NCBI GenBank assembly: GCA_963674735.2
Contig: CAXXQS010000002.1
Span: forward strand, 1,696,001-1,760,000
From: Myxococcota bacterium
GTDB taxonomy: Bacteria > Myxococcota_A > SURF-8
Reading direction: 5' to 3'
DNA length: 64,000 nt
Position numbers and translations under genes: made by a program. The notes beneath the pieces are model-generated. The model was not told the DNA's origin. It saw only the letters and a list, made by a program, of their open reading frames with translations, and did no database searches. Positions 19,939-29,068 of the stretch are shown here, one piece after another. Position 1 is the first letter of the stretch, and each line of letters opens with the position of its first letter.

Positions 19939-20678
19939 TGGCCAAGCCCGATAAAAATGCATGGATGGCGACTTTTTCGGATCTGGTGACTCTGTTGATC
20001 ACCTTCTTCGTGTTGTTGCTGACCATGTCCACCCTCGATAGCAGCCGTCTCAAGGAAATGTTTCAGTATTTTCCAGGAGCCAGCATGAATTTCGAAGGCG
20101 GTGCCTTTACTCAGCCTCCCAAAAGCCTGGTTGAAAAGATGCGAATCACCAGCCGGATCGGCCAGAAACGCTGGCTCGATGAGCATGATACGGAAACTTT
20201 TCAGGTTTTGACCCGCTGGCTGGAAGAACAGAAGCTTACGGATCACATGAAAGTGGTACGTCGTCAAGATGCTTTCGAAATCCACCTGGAGAATACAATC
20301 GCTTTTGCACCGGGAGCTTTGAATTTGAAGCCGCAGGTCGTTCCATTTTTCAAAGAAATCAAGGCTATGCTTGATGCGCAGAAAGACGTTCGGCTGCGTG
20401 TGGAGGTTGTGGCATCGGATAAAAGTGAACTTGACTATCAGAAAAAGTATACGTCTTTGTGGCAGTTGGCCGCCAAACGCGGTGATTCGATTATGACGCT
20501 CTTGGAACGCCGTCTTGGAGCGGATCCCAAGCGTTTGTCGATGATGGGTTATGGCGTTCCCCGACCTGTTACACAAAAAGGCGTGACCGACAAAAAAGAA
20601 AGTTTCGAAAACCGAATCGATCTGGTGTTCGTTGAAAATGACGATCCCAGCCGAAAAATCAACGCGAGGGAGGAGTGA
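19938..20678 (+). CDS. motB: MotB/PomB stator B subunit with the TM Asp and a degenerate OmpA domain
   Basis: WMATFSDLVTLLITFFVLL; SLWQLAAKRG, LSMMGYG, NRIDL. Confidence 0.85.
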   Translation: MAKPDKNAWMATFSDLVTLLITFFVLLLTMSTLDSSRLKEMFQYFPGASMNFEGGAFTQPPKSLVEKMRITSRIGQKRWLDEHDTETFQVLTRWLEEQKLTDHMKVVRRQDAFEIHLENTIAFAPGALNLKPQVVPFFKEIKAMLDAQKDVRLRVEVVASDKSELDYQKKYTSLWQLAAKRGDSIMTLLERRLGADPKRLSMMGYGVPRPVTQKGVTDKKESFENRIDLVFVENDDPSRKINAREE

Positions 20679-20682
20679 GAGG

Positions 20683-21222
20683 ATGGCGAAAAAGGACGAC
20701 GAAAACACCAATGAAGAAGGACAAAAGACCAAACCGGAGAAAAGTGGCGGAAGCCCTCTGGTTGTGATTCTTCTGGCTCTGAACATGTTGCTGGTTGCCG
20801 GTGTCGGTGCTTATGTCGTTTTCTTCGGTGGGATTGGGCAGGCTCCTGAAAAAGCGAATGATACGGTTGAAGCCGAACAAACCGAAGAATCGGATGAAAA
20901 GAAAGACACGGGTGTTACGATCGGACCGATTGTCGAAATGCAGCCGTTTCTGGTTAACCTGGATGAACCGGGAACCAATCGCTATCTCAAGGCGTCGATT
21001 CAATTGGAATTGGATGGACCCAATGGACAGACGGAAGCGCAGACACGCCAGGTTCCGCTTCGCGATCTGATTATTACCTATCTGTCGTCACTGAATTACA
21101 GTCAGACCCAGGGAGTGGTCAACAAGGAAATTATTCGAACTTCGATGATCAAGCAAATCAACGAAGTGCTTCGTCAAGGCAAAGTGAACAACCTTTACTT
21201 TACGGAGTTTGTGATTCAGTAG
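20683..21222 (+). CDS. fliL: FliL
   Basis: N-terminal TM, PFLVNL, RYLKASI, LYFTEFVIQ; ATG after GGAGG/GAGG. Confidence 0.92.
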   Translation: MAKKDDENTNEEGQKTKPEKSGGSPLVVILLALNMLLVAGVGAYVVFFGGIGQAPEKANDTVEAEQTEESDEKKDTGVTIGPIVEMQPFLVNLDEPGTNRYLKASIQLELDGPNGQTEAQTRQVPLRDLIITYLSSLNYSQTQGVVNKEIIRTSMIKQINEVLRQGKVNNLYFTEFVIQ

Positions 21223-21248
21223 GGCGGCCTCCGCCAGGGAGAAACATC

Positions 21249-22259
21249 ATGGATCAAGTCCTCTCGCAAAACGAAGTCAATGCACTGCTTGACGCTGTCA
21301 ACGATGGTCGTGTTGCGGTTGACCCCCTGAAAGAAGACCGTGCACCGGGCGAAGACTTCGAATATTACGATCTTGCCAGTACCGACAAGATTATTCGTGG
21401 ACGGATGGCGGGTTTGGAGATTGTGAACGATCGTCTCACCCGCTATCTGCAAATCTCCATGTCTTCGCTGTTGCGTAAAGTGGTTGAGGTACAACTTGAG
21501 TTCTCCGGTCTGATGAAATACGGCGAATTCATCAATCAACTGGTTGCTCCAACGGCACTCACGATGATCAAGATGTCGCCACTTCGCGGCATTGCCATCG
21601 TTGGGGTCGAAACCCGCTTTGTTTTCAGCATGGTGAACAACTTCTTCGGCGGTCTCGGCGAGGGAGACAAAGACGTGGGTTCGTTGGAATCACGTGATTT
21701 CACCATGATTGAGAATAATATCGTTCGCAAAGTCGTGCGGACCATTATCGCCGAACTGAAGCGTGCATGGCAGCCGGTTTACGAAATCAATCCGACTTTT
21801 TTGCGCACCGAAACCAATCCGCAGTTTGTTGGAGCGGTGCCGAATGCGGATGTGGTGATCAATACCCAGTTCACGATCGAGTTTGAAAATGCGGTCGGTG
21901 TTCTCAATTTGGTCATTCCATATGCGATGGTTGAGCCGATCAAGCAAATCCTCACGATTTCCAATCAGAATGAGGAAGACGAACTGGATCAGCATTGGAT
22001 TCAACGCTTGAAAGAAGAAATGCTGAAGGCTAAGGTCAATATGCTTGTGGAGTTGGGGAGAGCGAGCTTGACGGTTGAGGAAGTGCGCAATCTCGAGGTC
22101 GGAGATGTCTTGATGTTGGATTCCGATTCGACCAAGCCTCTGATATTGAAAATCGAGAATGTCCCGAAAATGAAAGGGATGCCCATTATTCACAAGGGTC
22201 ATGTCGCTTTGCGTCTGACTGAAGCTTCGATCGAAACCGGACCGCAGGTTTCACTTTAA
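21249..22259 (+). CDS. fliM: Motor switch protein FliM
   Basis: LSQNEVNALL CheY-binding motif, ETNPQF, C-terminal SpoA domain. Confidence 0.95.
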   Translation: MDQVLSQNEVNALLDAVNDGRVAVDPLKEDRAPGEDFEYYDLASTDKIIRGRMAGLEIVNDRLTRYLQISMSSLLRKVVEVQLEFSGLMKYGEFINQLVAPTALTMIKMSPLRGIAIVGVETRFVFSMVNNFFGGLGEGDKDVGSLESRDFTMIENNIVRKVVRTIIAELKRAWQPVYEINPTFLRTETNPQFVGAVPNADVVINTQFTIEFENAVGVLNLVIPYAMVEPIKQILTISNQNEEDELDQHWIQRLKEEMLKAKVNMLVELGRASLTVEEVRNLEVGDVLMLDSDSTKPLILKIENVPKMKGMPIIHKGHVALRLTEASIETGPQVSL

Positions 22260-22274
22260 ACAACGGAGAAAACC

Positions 22275-22685
22275 ATGAGCAATCCCATGGATGGACTGGA
22301 AGGTCTGAAAAACGAGCTGGATCGTATGGTGGAAGCCAACGAAGGCCGCGATGATGAGGAACCGGCGAATAAATCCGGTGACGCAGGGACGGCCGAAATC
22401 AGCGAAGGTGACAAAACACGCAAGAAAAATCTCAATCTCATTCTGGACATCCCCTTGGAGGTTTCGGTGGAGTTGGGACGCAACAAGATGCTGATCAACG
22501 ACTTGCTCCAACTTGGACGTGGATCGGTGATCGAATTGAACAAGCTGGCCGGTGAACCGCTTGAAGTGCTTGTGAACGGTCGCCTGGTCGCCCGGGGCGA
22601 GGTTGTGGTTCTGCATGACAAATTTGGTGTGCGCCTGACCGACATCATTTCGCCGACCGAACGAATCCAACAGTTGGTGGGTTAA
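22275..22685 (+). CDS. fliN: Motor switch protein FliN
   Basis: [30 protein letters not shown]. Confidence 0.95.
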   Translation: MSNPMDGLEGLKNELDRMVEANEGRDDEEPANKSGDAGTAEISEGDKTRKKNLNLILDIPLEVSVELGRNKMLINDLLQLGRGSVIELNKLAGEPLEVLVNGRLVARGEVVVLHDKFGVRLTDIISPTERIQQLVG

Positions 22686-22700
22686 CGCGAGGATAATCCC

Positions 22701-24035
22701 ATGCCACGCTTCGTTTCTCTAATTTTGGTGCTTCTGGTGTGTCTGATCGCTTATGCACCGGAAGTCAAGGCGGCCAAAGCGACACGGACTTTGACCGGGA
22801 TCGATTTCAGTGCGGATGATGCCCTTTCACAGATTCATCTGGCCTTTGAGGGAGATACGGCTCGCCCCCTGGGACGCGTGTATTACTCAGACAAACTTAT
22901 CCGTGTCGTTATCAGCAAAACAAGTTTGGCGAAGGGGCAGAAGAAACTACTGATCACTCCCAAAGACGATCTGGTGACCAAGGTATATGCCTATCCGCGC
23001 AAGGGTGCCATTCAACTGAAGATTTATCTGAAAAAGAAGGTTCAGTCGATTATGGAACGTATCGACTTTGAACCTGGCGCAACCGTCTCGACCATCAGCT
23101 TTCGAAAAGAGCCGTTTTACACCAGATTGGCACAGAGGGAGCGCCCGGGTGCTCAGATCGTTCAAGTGATTGAAACGGGGACGAAAACACCGGATATGGC
23201 GGATGACGAAGAAAAACCGACGGCCGCGACGGTGAATAGCCTCCTGCCTTTGGTTAACCCCAAGCGCAATCCAGCAGCGTCCGCCACCCCCGATCCTTTG
23301 GCGGAAGCCGCGCGCCAGAAAACCCTGGCGCAACTGTTGGGTGAAGATGCGGAAGAGGCGACGGCGGGTGTCGGAGAGAAGAAAAACGACGAGCTCATTG
23401 CCGCAGCCAAAGAAAACAAAGCGAAAGATGTCGCCGCCGATGCAGGCAAGCCACCGTCGGACCCGATGCTGGACGACAGCAAAGTCGAAACCGTGTTGCC
23501 GAATATGGGTGAAAAACGAGATGGGATTCAGGGAGTCGGGGATTTCGCACCCGACCTCACCAACCTGTATTGGATGGCGGGGATGATGGTCTTGGTGGCT
23601 CTGCTGTGGTTACTCGCTCGTCGCGGAAAACTGATGAATCTGCAAGGGGTTAATGGCCCGCTGAAGGTGATCAAATCGCAAAGTCTGGGGGGCAAGCAGC
23701 GGCTGTTGATTGTCGAAGTGGAGGGCAAGCGGCTTTTACTGTCTTCATCGGACAAAGAACTTCGGCTGATCACGGAAATCGATCGTGACGGGGCCGCCGA
23801 TGAGCAGATGAAGGCTGCGTTGATGTCCGGAATCAAAACTTCCGAGGCGAACGCTCAAGACCCCAACTTGCGAGTGGTTCGGGAAAAGAAGCCGGGGATC
23901 GCCAAAGCGCGGCCCGCGGCCAAACCGCCGGTCGCCTCTGGGGAGCGTCCGTCATATTTTGGCTTTAAGGATGGTTCAAAACCGGCGGAAACCGGCCTTC
24001 GGGAAAAGCTTCGAGCTTTACGTAGGGGAAGGTGA
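22701..24035 (+). CDS. fliO: FliO with a large N-terminal periplasmic extension
   Basis: Signal peptide, beta-rich domain, single TM near residue 290, FliO core LKVIKSQSLGGKQRLLIVEVEGKRLLL; between fliN and fliP. Confidence 0.8.
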   Translation: MPRFVSLILVLLVCLIAYAPEVKAAKATRTLTGIDFSADDALSQIHLAFEGDTARPLGRVYYSDKLIRVVISKTSLAKGQKKLLITPKDDLVTKVYAYPRKGAIQLKIYLKKKVQSIMERIDFEPGATVSTISFRKEPFYTRLAQRERPGAQIVQVIETGTKTPDMADDEEKPTAATVNSLLPLVNPKRNPAASATPDPLAEAARQKTLAQLLGEDAEEATAGVGEKKNDELIAAAKENKAKDVAADAGKPPSDPMLDDSKVETVLPNMGEKRDGIQGVGDFAPDLTNLYWMAGMMVLVALLWLLARRGKLMNLQGVNGPLKVIKSQSLGGKQRLLIVEVEGKRLLLSSSDKELRLITEIDRDGAADEQMKAALMSGIKTSEANAQDPNLRVVREKKPGIAKARPAAKPPVASGERPSYFGFKDGSKPAETGLREKLRALRRGR

Positions 24036-24039
24036 AAGC

Positions 24040-24813
24040 ATGAACTGGCAGCGCCTCGGTATCTGGATGGGGATGGCGGTTCTCATAACCCTTTGTTTCA
24101 CGGCGTTTGGGTCCGAATTCGCGAATGCAGCCCCGGTGGAACTGCCCAAAATATCAATTGAAATGGGGCAGGAAGGTGAGCCGGGACGCGTGGTCGGTAC
24201 GTTGAAAATCCTCTTCCTGGTCACGATTTTGGCTTTGGCGCCGACATTTCTTATCACGATGACCTCATTCACACGCATTGTGGTGGTCTTTTTCTTTTTA
24301 CGACAAGCGATGAGTACGCAGCAGACACCGCCCAATACGGTTTTAATCGGGCTGGCGATGTTTCTGACCTTCTTTATCATGAAACCCGTGTTCATCGATA
24401 TCAATGATAATGCGTTGCAGCCGTACTTGAATGAGGAAGTTAGTCAGGAAGATGCTTTCGAGACGGCTTCCAAACCGCTAAAGGCGTTCATGCTCAAACA
24501 GACGCGTGAAAACGATCTGGCTTTGTTTTATACGATTTCCGGCAGCGCAAAACCGACGACCGCTCTTGAAGTGCCATTCCACTTGGCCGTTCCGGCGTTT
24601 ATTATCTCGGAATTGAAAACGGCCTTCCAGATCGGTTTTCTGATTTATCTTCCCTTCCTGATCCTCGATATGGTTATTGCTTCGGTTCTGATGGCCATGG
24701 GTATGATGATGTTGCCGCCGGTCATCATTTCGTTGCCCTTCAAGATCATGCTGTTTGTTTTGATCGACGGTTGGAATCTGGTTGTCGGTTCCCTAGTGAA
24801 GTCATTCAATTAG
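24040..24813 (+). CDS. fliP: Export gate protein FliP
   Basis: MTSFTRIVVV, QTPPN, PAFIISELKTAFQIG, LPFKIMLFVLIDGW. Confidence 0.95.
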   Translation: MNWQRLGIWMGMAVLITLCFTAFGSEFANAAPVELPKISIEMGQEGEPGRVVGTLKILFLVTILALAPTFLITMTSFTRIVVVFFFLRQAMSTQQTPPNTVLIGLAMFLTFFIMKPVFIDINDNALQPYLNEEVSQEDAFETASKPLKAFMLKQTRENDLALFYTISGSAKPTTALEVPFHLAVPAFIISELKTAFQIGFLIYLPFLILDMVIASVLMAMGMMMLPPVIISLPFKIMLFVLIDGWNLVVGSLVKSFN

Positions 24814-24841
24814 TGTCGTTACGGCATGAGGCAGGTGAGCC

Positions 24842-25114
24842 ATGACTCCGGAATACGTTCTCTCGCTCGGCAGCCAGGCGCTTTTGACGGCGCTGTCTAT
24901 CGCGGCGCCTATGCTGATGGTCGGTCTGGTTGTGGGGTTAAGCATTTCGTTGTTTCAAGCCGTAACGCAGATCAATGAAGTTTCGCTGGCCTTTATCCCC
25001 AAAATTATCGCCATGATTGTCTCGTTGCTGACTTTCTCAGGATGGATGCTCGACAAGCTGATGACGTTGGCAATAGATCTGTTCAATCAGATTCCCAATG
25101 TCGGGCCTAACTGA
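24842..25114 (+). CDS. fliQ: Export gate protein FliQ
   Basis: FQAVTQINEVSLAFIPK. Confidence 0.95.
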   Translation: MTPEYVLSLGSQALLTALSIAAPMLMVGLVVGLSISLFQAVTQINEVSLAFIPKIIAMIVSLLTFSGWMLDKLMTLAIDLFNQIPNVGPN

Positions 25115-25116
25115 TC

Positions 25117-25890
25117 ATGTTGATTTCCGCTTTTTTCGATCACATGACACCGTTGTTTCTGATTTTGGCACGTGTCAGTGGACTCGTTGTGACGGCTCCG
25201 TTCTGGTCGAGTGGCGCGATTTCGGCACGGATCAAGATGGCTATTGTGGTGATGATTACGTTGTCGCTGCATTTCGGCATGGGTATCGGTGCTGAACTCA
25301 CTGGTTTCAACCTCAGTTTTGCGATTCTGGGACTCATATCCGAAATCCTGGTCGGTGCCGGAATGGGCTTGGTAATGGCCCTTATTTTCGCTGCTATCGG
25401 TTATGCCGGTGCAATCATCGCTCCGCAAATGGGTTTAGCGATCAGCCAGCTTATGGATCCTCAAAGCGAGTCTATGCAGCCGTTACTCGCCGCTTTTCTG
25501 AATTTACTGGCCGTAATGTTTTTCCTGGCCATCGATGGTCATTTGATGATTCTTCGCTCTTTGCACGACAGTTTTCGGCTTATTCCCCTGGCCGGTTTTT
25601 CGGTGACGGGCGGTTTCGTCAAAGGCTTGTTGGATACCGGGTCGCACATGTTTGTGGTGGCGTTCAAACTGTGCTCTCCCGTTTTGGGAGTCATCATGTT
25701 TCTCAATATCGGGATGGCGCTTCTGGCGCGCGCGGTTCCGCAGGTCAACGTTATCGTGGTCGGATTTATCGTGACGATTTCGGTTGGAATGCTGACTTTC
25801 CTGTTGATGCTGCCACAGGCCGGACCCTTTTTGCAGGATGTGATGATGGATGCGGTTTCGCGTATGATGTGGCTTTTAAAAACGGTGTAA
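25117..25890 (+). CDS. fliR: Export gate protein FliR
   Basis: Hydrophobic; QMGL, DGH, RAVPQVN motifs. Confidence 0.93.
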   Translation: MLISAFFDHMTPLFLILARVSGLVVTAPFWSSGAISARIKMAIVVMITLSLHFGMGIGAELTGFNLSFAILGLISEILVGAGMGLVMALIFAAIGYAGAIIAPQMGLAISQLMDPQSESMQPLLAAFLNLLAVMFFLAIDGHLMILRSLHDSFRLIPLAGFSVTGGFVKGLLDTGSHMFVVAFKLCSPVLGVIMFLNIGMALLARAVPQVNVIVVGFIVTISVGMLTFLLMLPQAGPFLQDVMMDAVSRMMWLLKTV

Positions 25891-25901
25891 AGGCATAGAG
25901 G

Positions 25902-27008
25902 ATGGCCGAAGACCAATTCGAAAAGACAGAGCCCGCAACCCCACGGCAGCGGAAGCAATTTCGCGAAAAGGGGCAGGTGGCCAAGAGCAAGGAAATCACG
26001 ACCTTGTTTACACTTCTTGGGTGTCTGGTCTATTTTTATTTCTTCGGTGCACAGATTTTCGAAGATGTTGCCAATATTCTACGAACGAACTTTGATCTGG
26101 CGGGGGAATTGGATCTTGACGCGGAGCGCATGCAGGCGCTTTTCGTTGTCAATATCGAGTTGTTCGCTAGAATAGTCGGGCCGTTTTTTGTAATGATTTT
26201 AGTGCTGACGCTTCTTCCCAATGTCGTGCAAACAGGTTGGTTGTTCACCGCCAAACCGCTGGCCCCCGATCTTACGCGTATTGATCCCATTTCGAACTTC
26301 AAACAGAAATTTCTTACTATTCGTTTGTTCACGGATACGGGGATCAACATTCTCAAGATCGGAGTTCTCGCTGCTGTGGTCTACATGATTATCAGCAATG
26401 AAATGCAAACGTTGATGAGCTTCCTGTTTATGTCTGAGTTGGCTGTTTCACGCACCATCATGATGACAATCTTGGATATCATGTTGAAGACCATCCTCTT
26501 TTTCATCGTGGTGGCGGCCATCGATTTTGCCAAGCAATGGCACCAGCTCGAACAACAGATGCGCATGACCAAGCAGCAGGTCAAGGATGAGTTTAAGGAT
26601 ACCGAGGGTAATCCTCAGGTCAAAGGCCAGATGCGCCAACGCATGCGTGAAATCAGCATGAACAACATGATCGAATCGGTGCCGCAAGCCGATGTGGTGG
26701 TGACCAATCCAACGCATTTGGCGATTGCCATTCAATACGATCCGGCCGTGGATGCCGCTCCGAAAGTTGTTGCTAAGGGACAAGGATTTTGGGCGGAACG
26801 CATCAAGATCATTGCCCGCGAAAGCGGAGTGGAAGTGGTTGAAGATAAGCTGTTGGCGCGGGCGATGTTTAAAACCGTCAAAATCGGGCAATCGATTCCT
26901 TCCAATTTCTATCGGGCCGTGGCCGAACTGCTGGCCCAGGTGTACAAGTTGAACAAGGAACGCGGCAAGAAGGTCGCGCCTCGCCGTCCTGTGAGAGCAC
27001 GCGCCTGA
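25902..27008 (+). CDS. flhB: Export switch protein FlhB
   Basis: KTEPATP, EGNPQVK, NPTH autocleavage motif. Confidence 0.96.
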   Translation: MAEDQFEKTEPATPRQRKQFREKGQVAKSKEITTLFTLLGCLVYFYFFGAQIFEDVANILRTNFDLAGELDLDAERMQALFVVNIELFARIVGPFFVMILVLTLLPNVVQTGWLFTAKPLAPDLTRIDPISNFKQKFLTIRLFTDTGINILKIGVLAAVVYMIISNEMQTLMSFLFMSELAVSRTIMMTILDIMLKTILFFIVVAAIDFAKQWHQLEQQMRMTKQQVKDEFKDTEGNPQVKGQMRQRMREISMNNMIESVPQADVVVTNPTHLAIAIQYDPAVDAAPKVVAKGQGFWAERIKIIARESGVEVVEDKLLARAMFKTVKIGQSIPSNFYRAVAELLAQVYKLNKERGKKVAPRRPVRARA

Positions 27009-27034
27009 GGGGATTCGTTTTTTCATGTGAAATG

Positions 27035-27066
27035 AAAAACCGGGACGCGTTCTGCGTCCCGGTTCA
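27035..27066. terminator. Intrinsic terminator between convergent flhB and the acyl-CoA dehydrogenase gene
   Basis: AACCGGGACGC-GTTCT-GCGTCCCGGTT, preceded by an A-run (U-tract on the - strand). Confidence 0.75.
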
Positions 27067-27089
27067 CATTTCGGTTGGAGCCGACCAAG

Positions 27090-28952
27090 CTAGATCACGA
27101 CATCCATATGGGAGAGGTCTTCACTCAGGATCCCTTTGGCCCATCCATGGACGCGCGGCAGGATGGTGTTGACGAAGAATTGCGCGGTCATGATTTTGGC
27201 GTGGTAGAAGGCCGATTCTTCGCTGTCGACCAGATGTGCGTGCAGGGCCGCCGCATCGCTTCCGTCGATACCAGCCGCCGACAGGCGCTGGGTGAGGACG
27301 TCGTTGGCCACGAGCGCCGCCTTCAGAAGCTCGGCCGCCGTCACGACATCTCCCATCAGATCGAGAAAACCGGTCGCCCGGCTGGTGGCCAGATCGAGGC
27401 GTTTCTGCATGCCCCAGCCGCCAAGCGTCATGGCGACCTGGGCCAGCAGGTCTTTGGCACCGGAGAAACCATCGGCCAGATGTTTGAGTGTTTCTGCCTC
27501 GCGGACATTGGCGATGACCGAGTCCAGTTCGGCGAGATAGCTCATGAACACCGCGCCGCCCTTCATGGGCATTTTGCGGGCGATCAGATCCATGGCCTGA
27601 ATGGAGTTGGTTCCCTCATAGATGCAACCGATTTTGACGTCGCGCATGTACTGTTCGACCGGGTAGTCGCGGGTGTAGCCGTAGCCGCCGAAGACCTGAA
27701 TGGCCATCGAGGTCATTTCCACGCCGCGGTCGGTGCAATACGCTTTACAGATGGGGGTCAGAAGTTCGAGGAAGCCCTGATATTTGTCGCGATCCGCCGC
27801 TTCGGGTGCATGGTGGGCCATATCGGTGCAGAAGGCCGTGTAATGCAGAAGCAGGCGCGATCCTTCGGCGAAGGCTTTGATGGTCAGCAGCTGGCGGCGT
27901 ACGTCGGGATGTTCGATGATCGCCACGCGCGGAGCGTCGGGGTTCTTGAAGTCTTTGATTGAGGAACCCTGGATGCGGTCTTTGCTGTAAGCCAAGGCGT
28001 TCTGATACGCCGCATTCATCAGCGAGCAACCCTGCAGGCCGACTTCGATGCGGGCTTCGTTCATCATGTTGAACATCACGCGGATGCCGTCGCCTTCGTT
28101 GCCAAGGATCCAGCCGCGGCAATTGCCGCTGTCGCCGAAAGACAACTGGCAGGTGGGGGATCCGTGGATGCCCATTTTGTGTTCGATACCGACACATTGC
28201 ACGTCGTTGAATTCTCCCAGAACGCCGTTCTCGTCGAAGCGGACTTTCGGTGTGACGAACAGCGAGAGACCTTTGGTGCCCGCCGGAGCGCCGGGGGTGC
28301 GGGCCAGGACGAGATGGATGATGTTGTCGCAGAAATCATGATCGCCGGCCGTGATGAAAATCTTGGTGCCGCTGATCAGGTAGTAATCTTCACCATCCAC
28401 TTTTTCCGCACGCGTTTTGGCTGCGCCGACGTCGGAACCGGCCGAGGGCTCGGTCAGAACCATCGAACCGCCCCAGGTGCCGTCGTAGAGTTTGGGAATG
28501 ATCATGTCTTTCATGAAGTCATTGCCGTATTTTTCCAAGACATGGGCGACGCCGATGGAAAGCAGAGTCGTGAGATACAGGGCCGTGTTGGCGCCGGTGA
28601 AAATGTCGGCCAACGCGGTATTGACCACATGCGGCAGACCCTGGCCGCCGTATTCCGGCATACCGGCCGAGGCCAGCCAGCCCGCTTCCGCATAGGCTTT
28701 GAAGGTTTCTTTGAAATTGGGCGGAGTGGTGACCGTGCCGTTATCGAAAATGCAGCCGACCTCGTCGCCTTCTTTGTTGCAGGTGGCGAATTTTTCTTTG
28801 CCGAATTTGGCCGCTTCATTGACGATCATCTCGAAATCGTCCTTCGAGAAATCTTTGTAGCCGTCTAGCTGGCAGAGTTCCTGCGCTTTCAGATACTCGA
28901 ACAAGACAAAATGCAAATCACGAACATCGATCGTAAAATCGGTTGCAGACAT
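27090..28952 (-). CDS. Acyl-CoA dehydrogenase (long, about 600 aa type)
   Basis: LTEPSAGSD, GTKIFIT, EHKMGIHGSPT, MMNEARI, QVFGGYGY, IYEGTNSIQ. Confidence 0.95.
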   Translation of the reverse strand: MSATDFTIDVRDLHFVLFEYLKAQELCQLDGYKDFSKDDFEMIVNEAAKFGKEKFATCNKEGDEVGCIFDNGTVTTPPNFKETFKAYAEAGWLASAGMPEYGGQGLPHVVNTALADIFTGANTALYLTTLLSIGVAHVLEKYGNDFMKDMIIPKLYDGTWGGSMVLTEPSAGSDVGAAKTRAEKVDGEDYYLISGTKIFITAGDHDFCDNIIHLVLARTPGAPAGTKGLSLFVTPKVRFDENGVLGEFNDVQCVGIEHKMGIHGSPTCQLSFGDSGNCRGWILGNEGDGIRVMFNMMNEARIEVGLQGCSLMNAAYQNALAYSKDRIQGSSIKDFKNPDAPRVAIIEHPDVRRQLLTIKAFAEGSRLLLHYTAFCTDMAHHAPEAADRDKYQGFLELLTPICKAYCTDRGVEMTSMAIQVFGGYGYTRDYPVEQYMRDVKIGCIYEGTNSIQAMDLIARKMPMKGGAVFMSYLAELDSVIANVREAETLKHLADGFSGAKDLLAQVAMTLGGWGMQKRLDLATSRATGFLDLMGDVVTAAELLKAALVANDVLTQRLSAAGIDGSDAAALHAHLVDSEESAFYHAKIMTAQFFVNTILPRVHGWAKGILSEDLSHMDVVI

Positions 28953-29068
28953 GGGTTACCTCCACTTGGGTCTAGCGTTCATATTTATAGTTGCGTGTTT
29001 CTGCGCCTTGTATAACTAGCATGATCATGGGCCGAGCGCAACGGTAAAAAGTTGGATGAAAGACGTCT

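Noticed and set aside
28953-29068. RiPP precursor for the radical SAM/SPASM enzyme
   Set aside because: No small ORF with a convincing RBS or Cys/Trp-rich core seen in the flanking gaps
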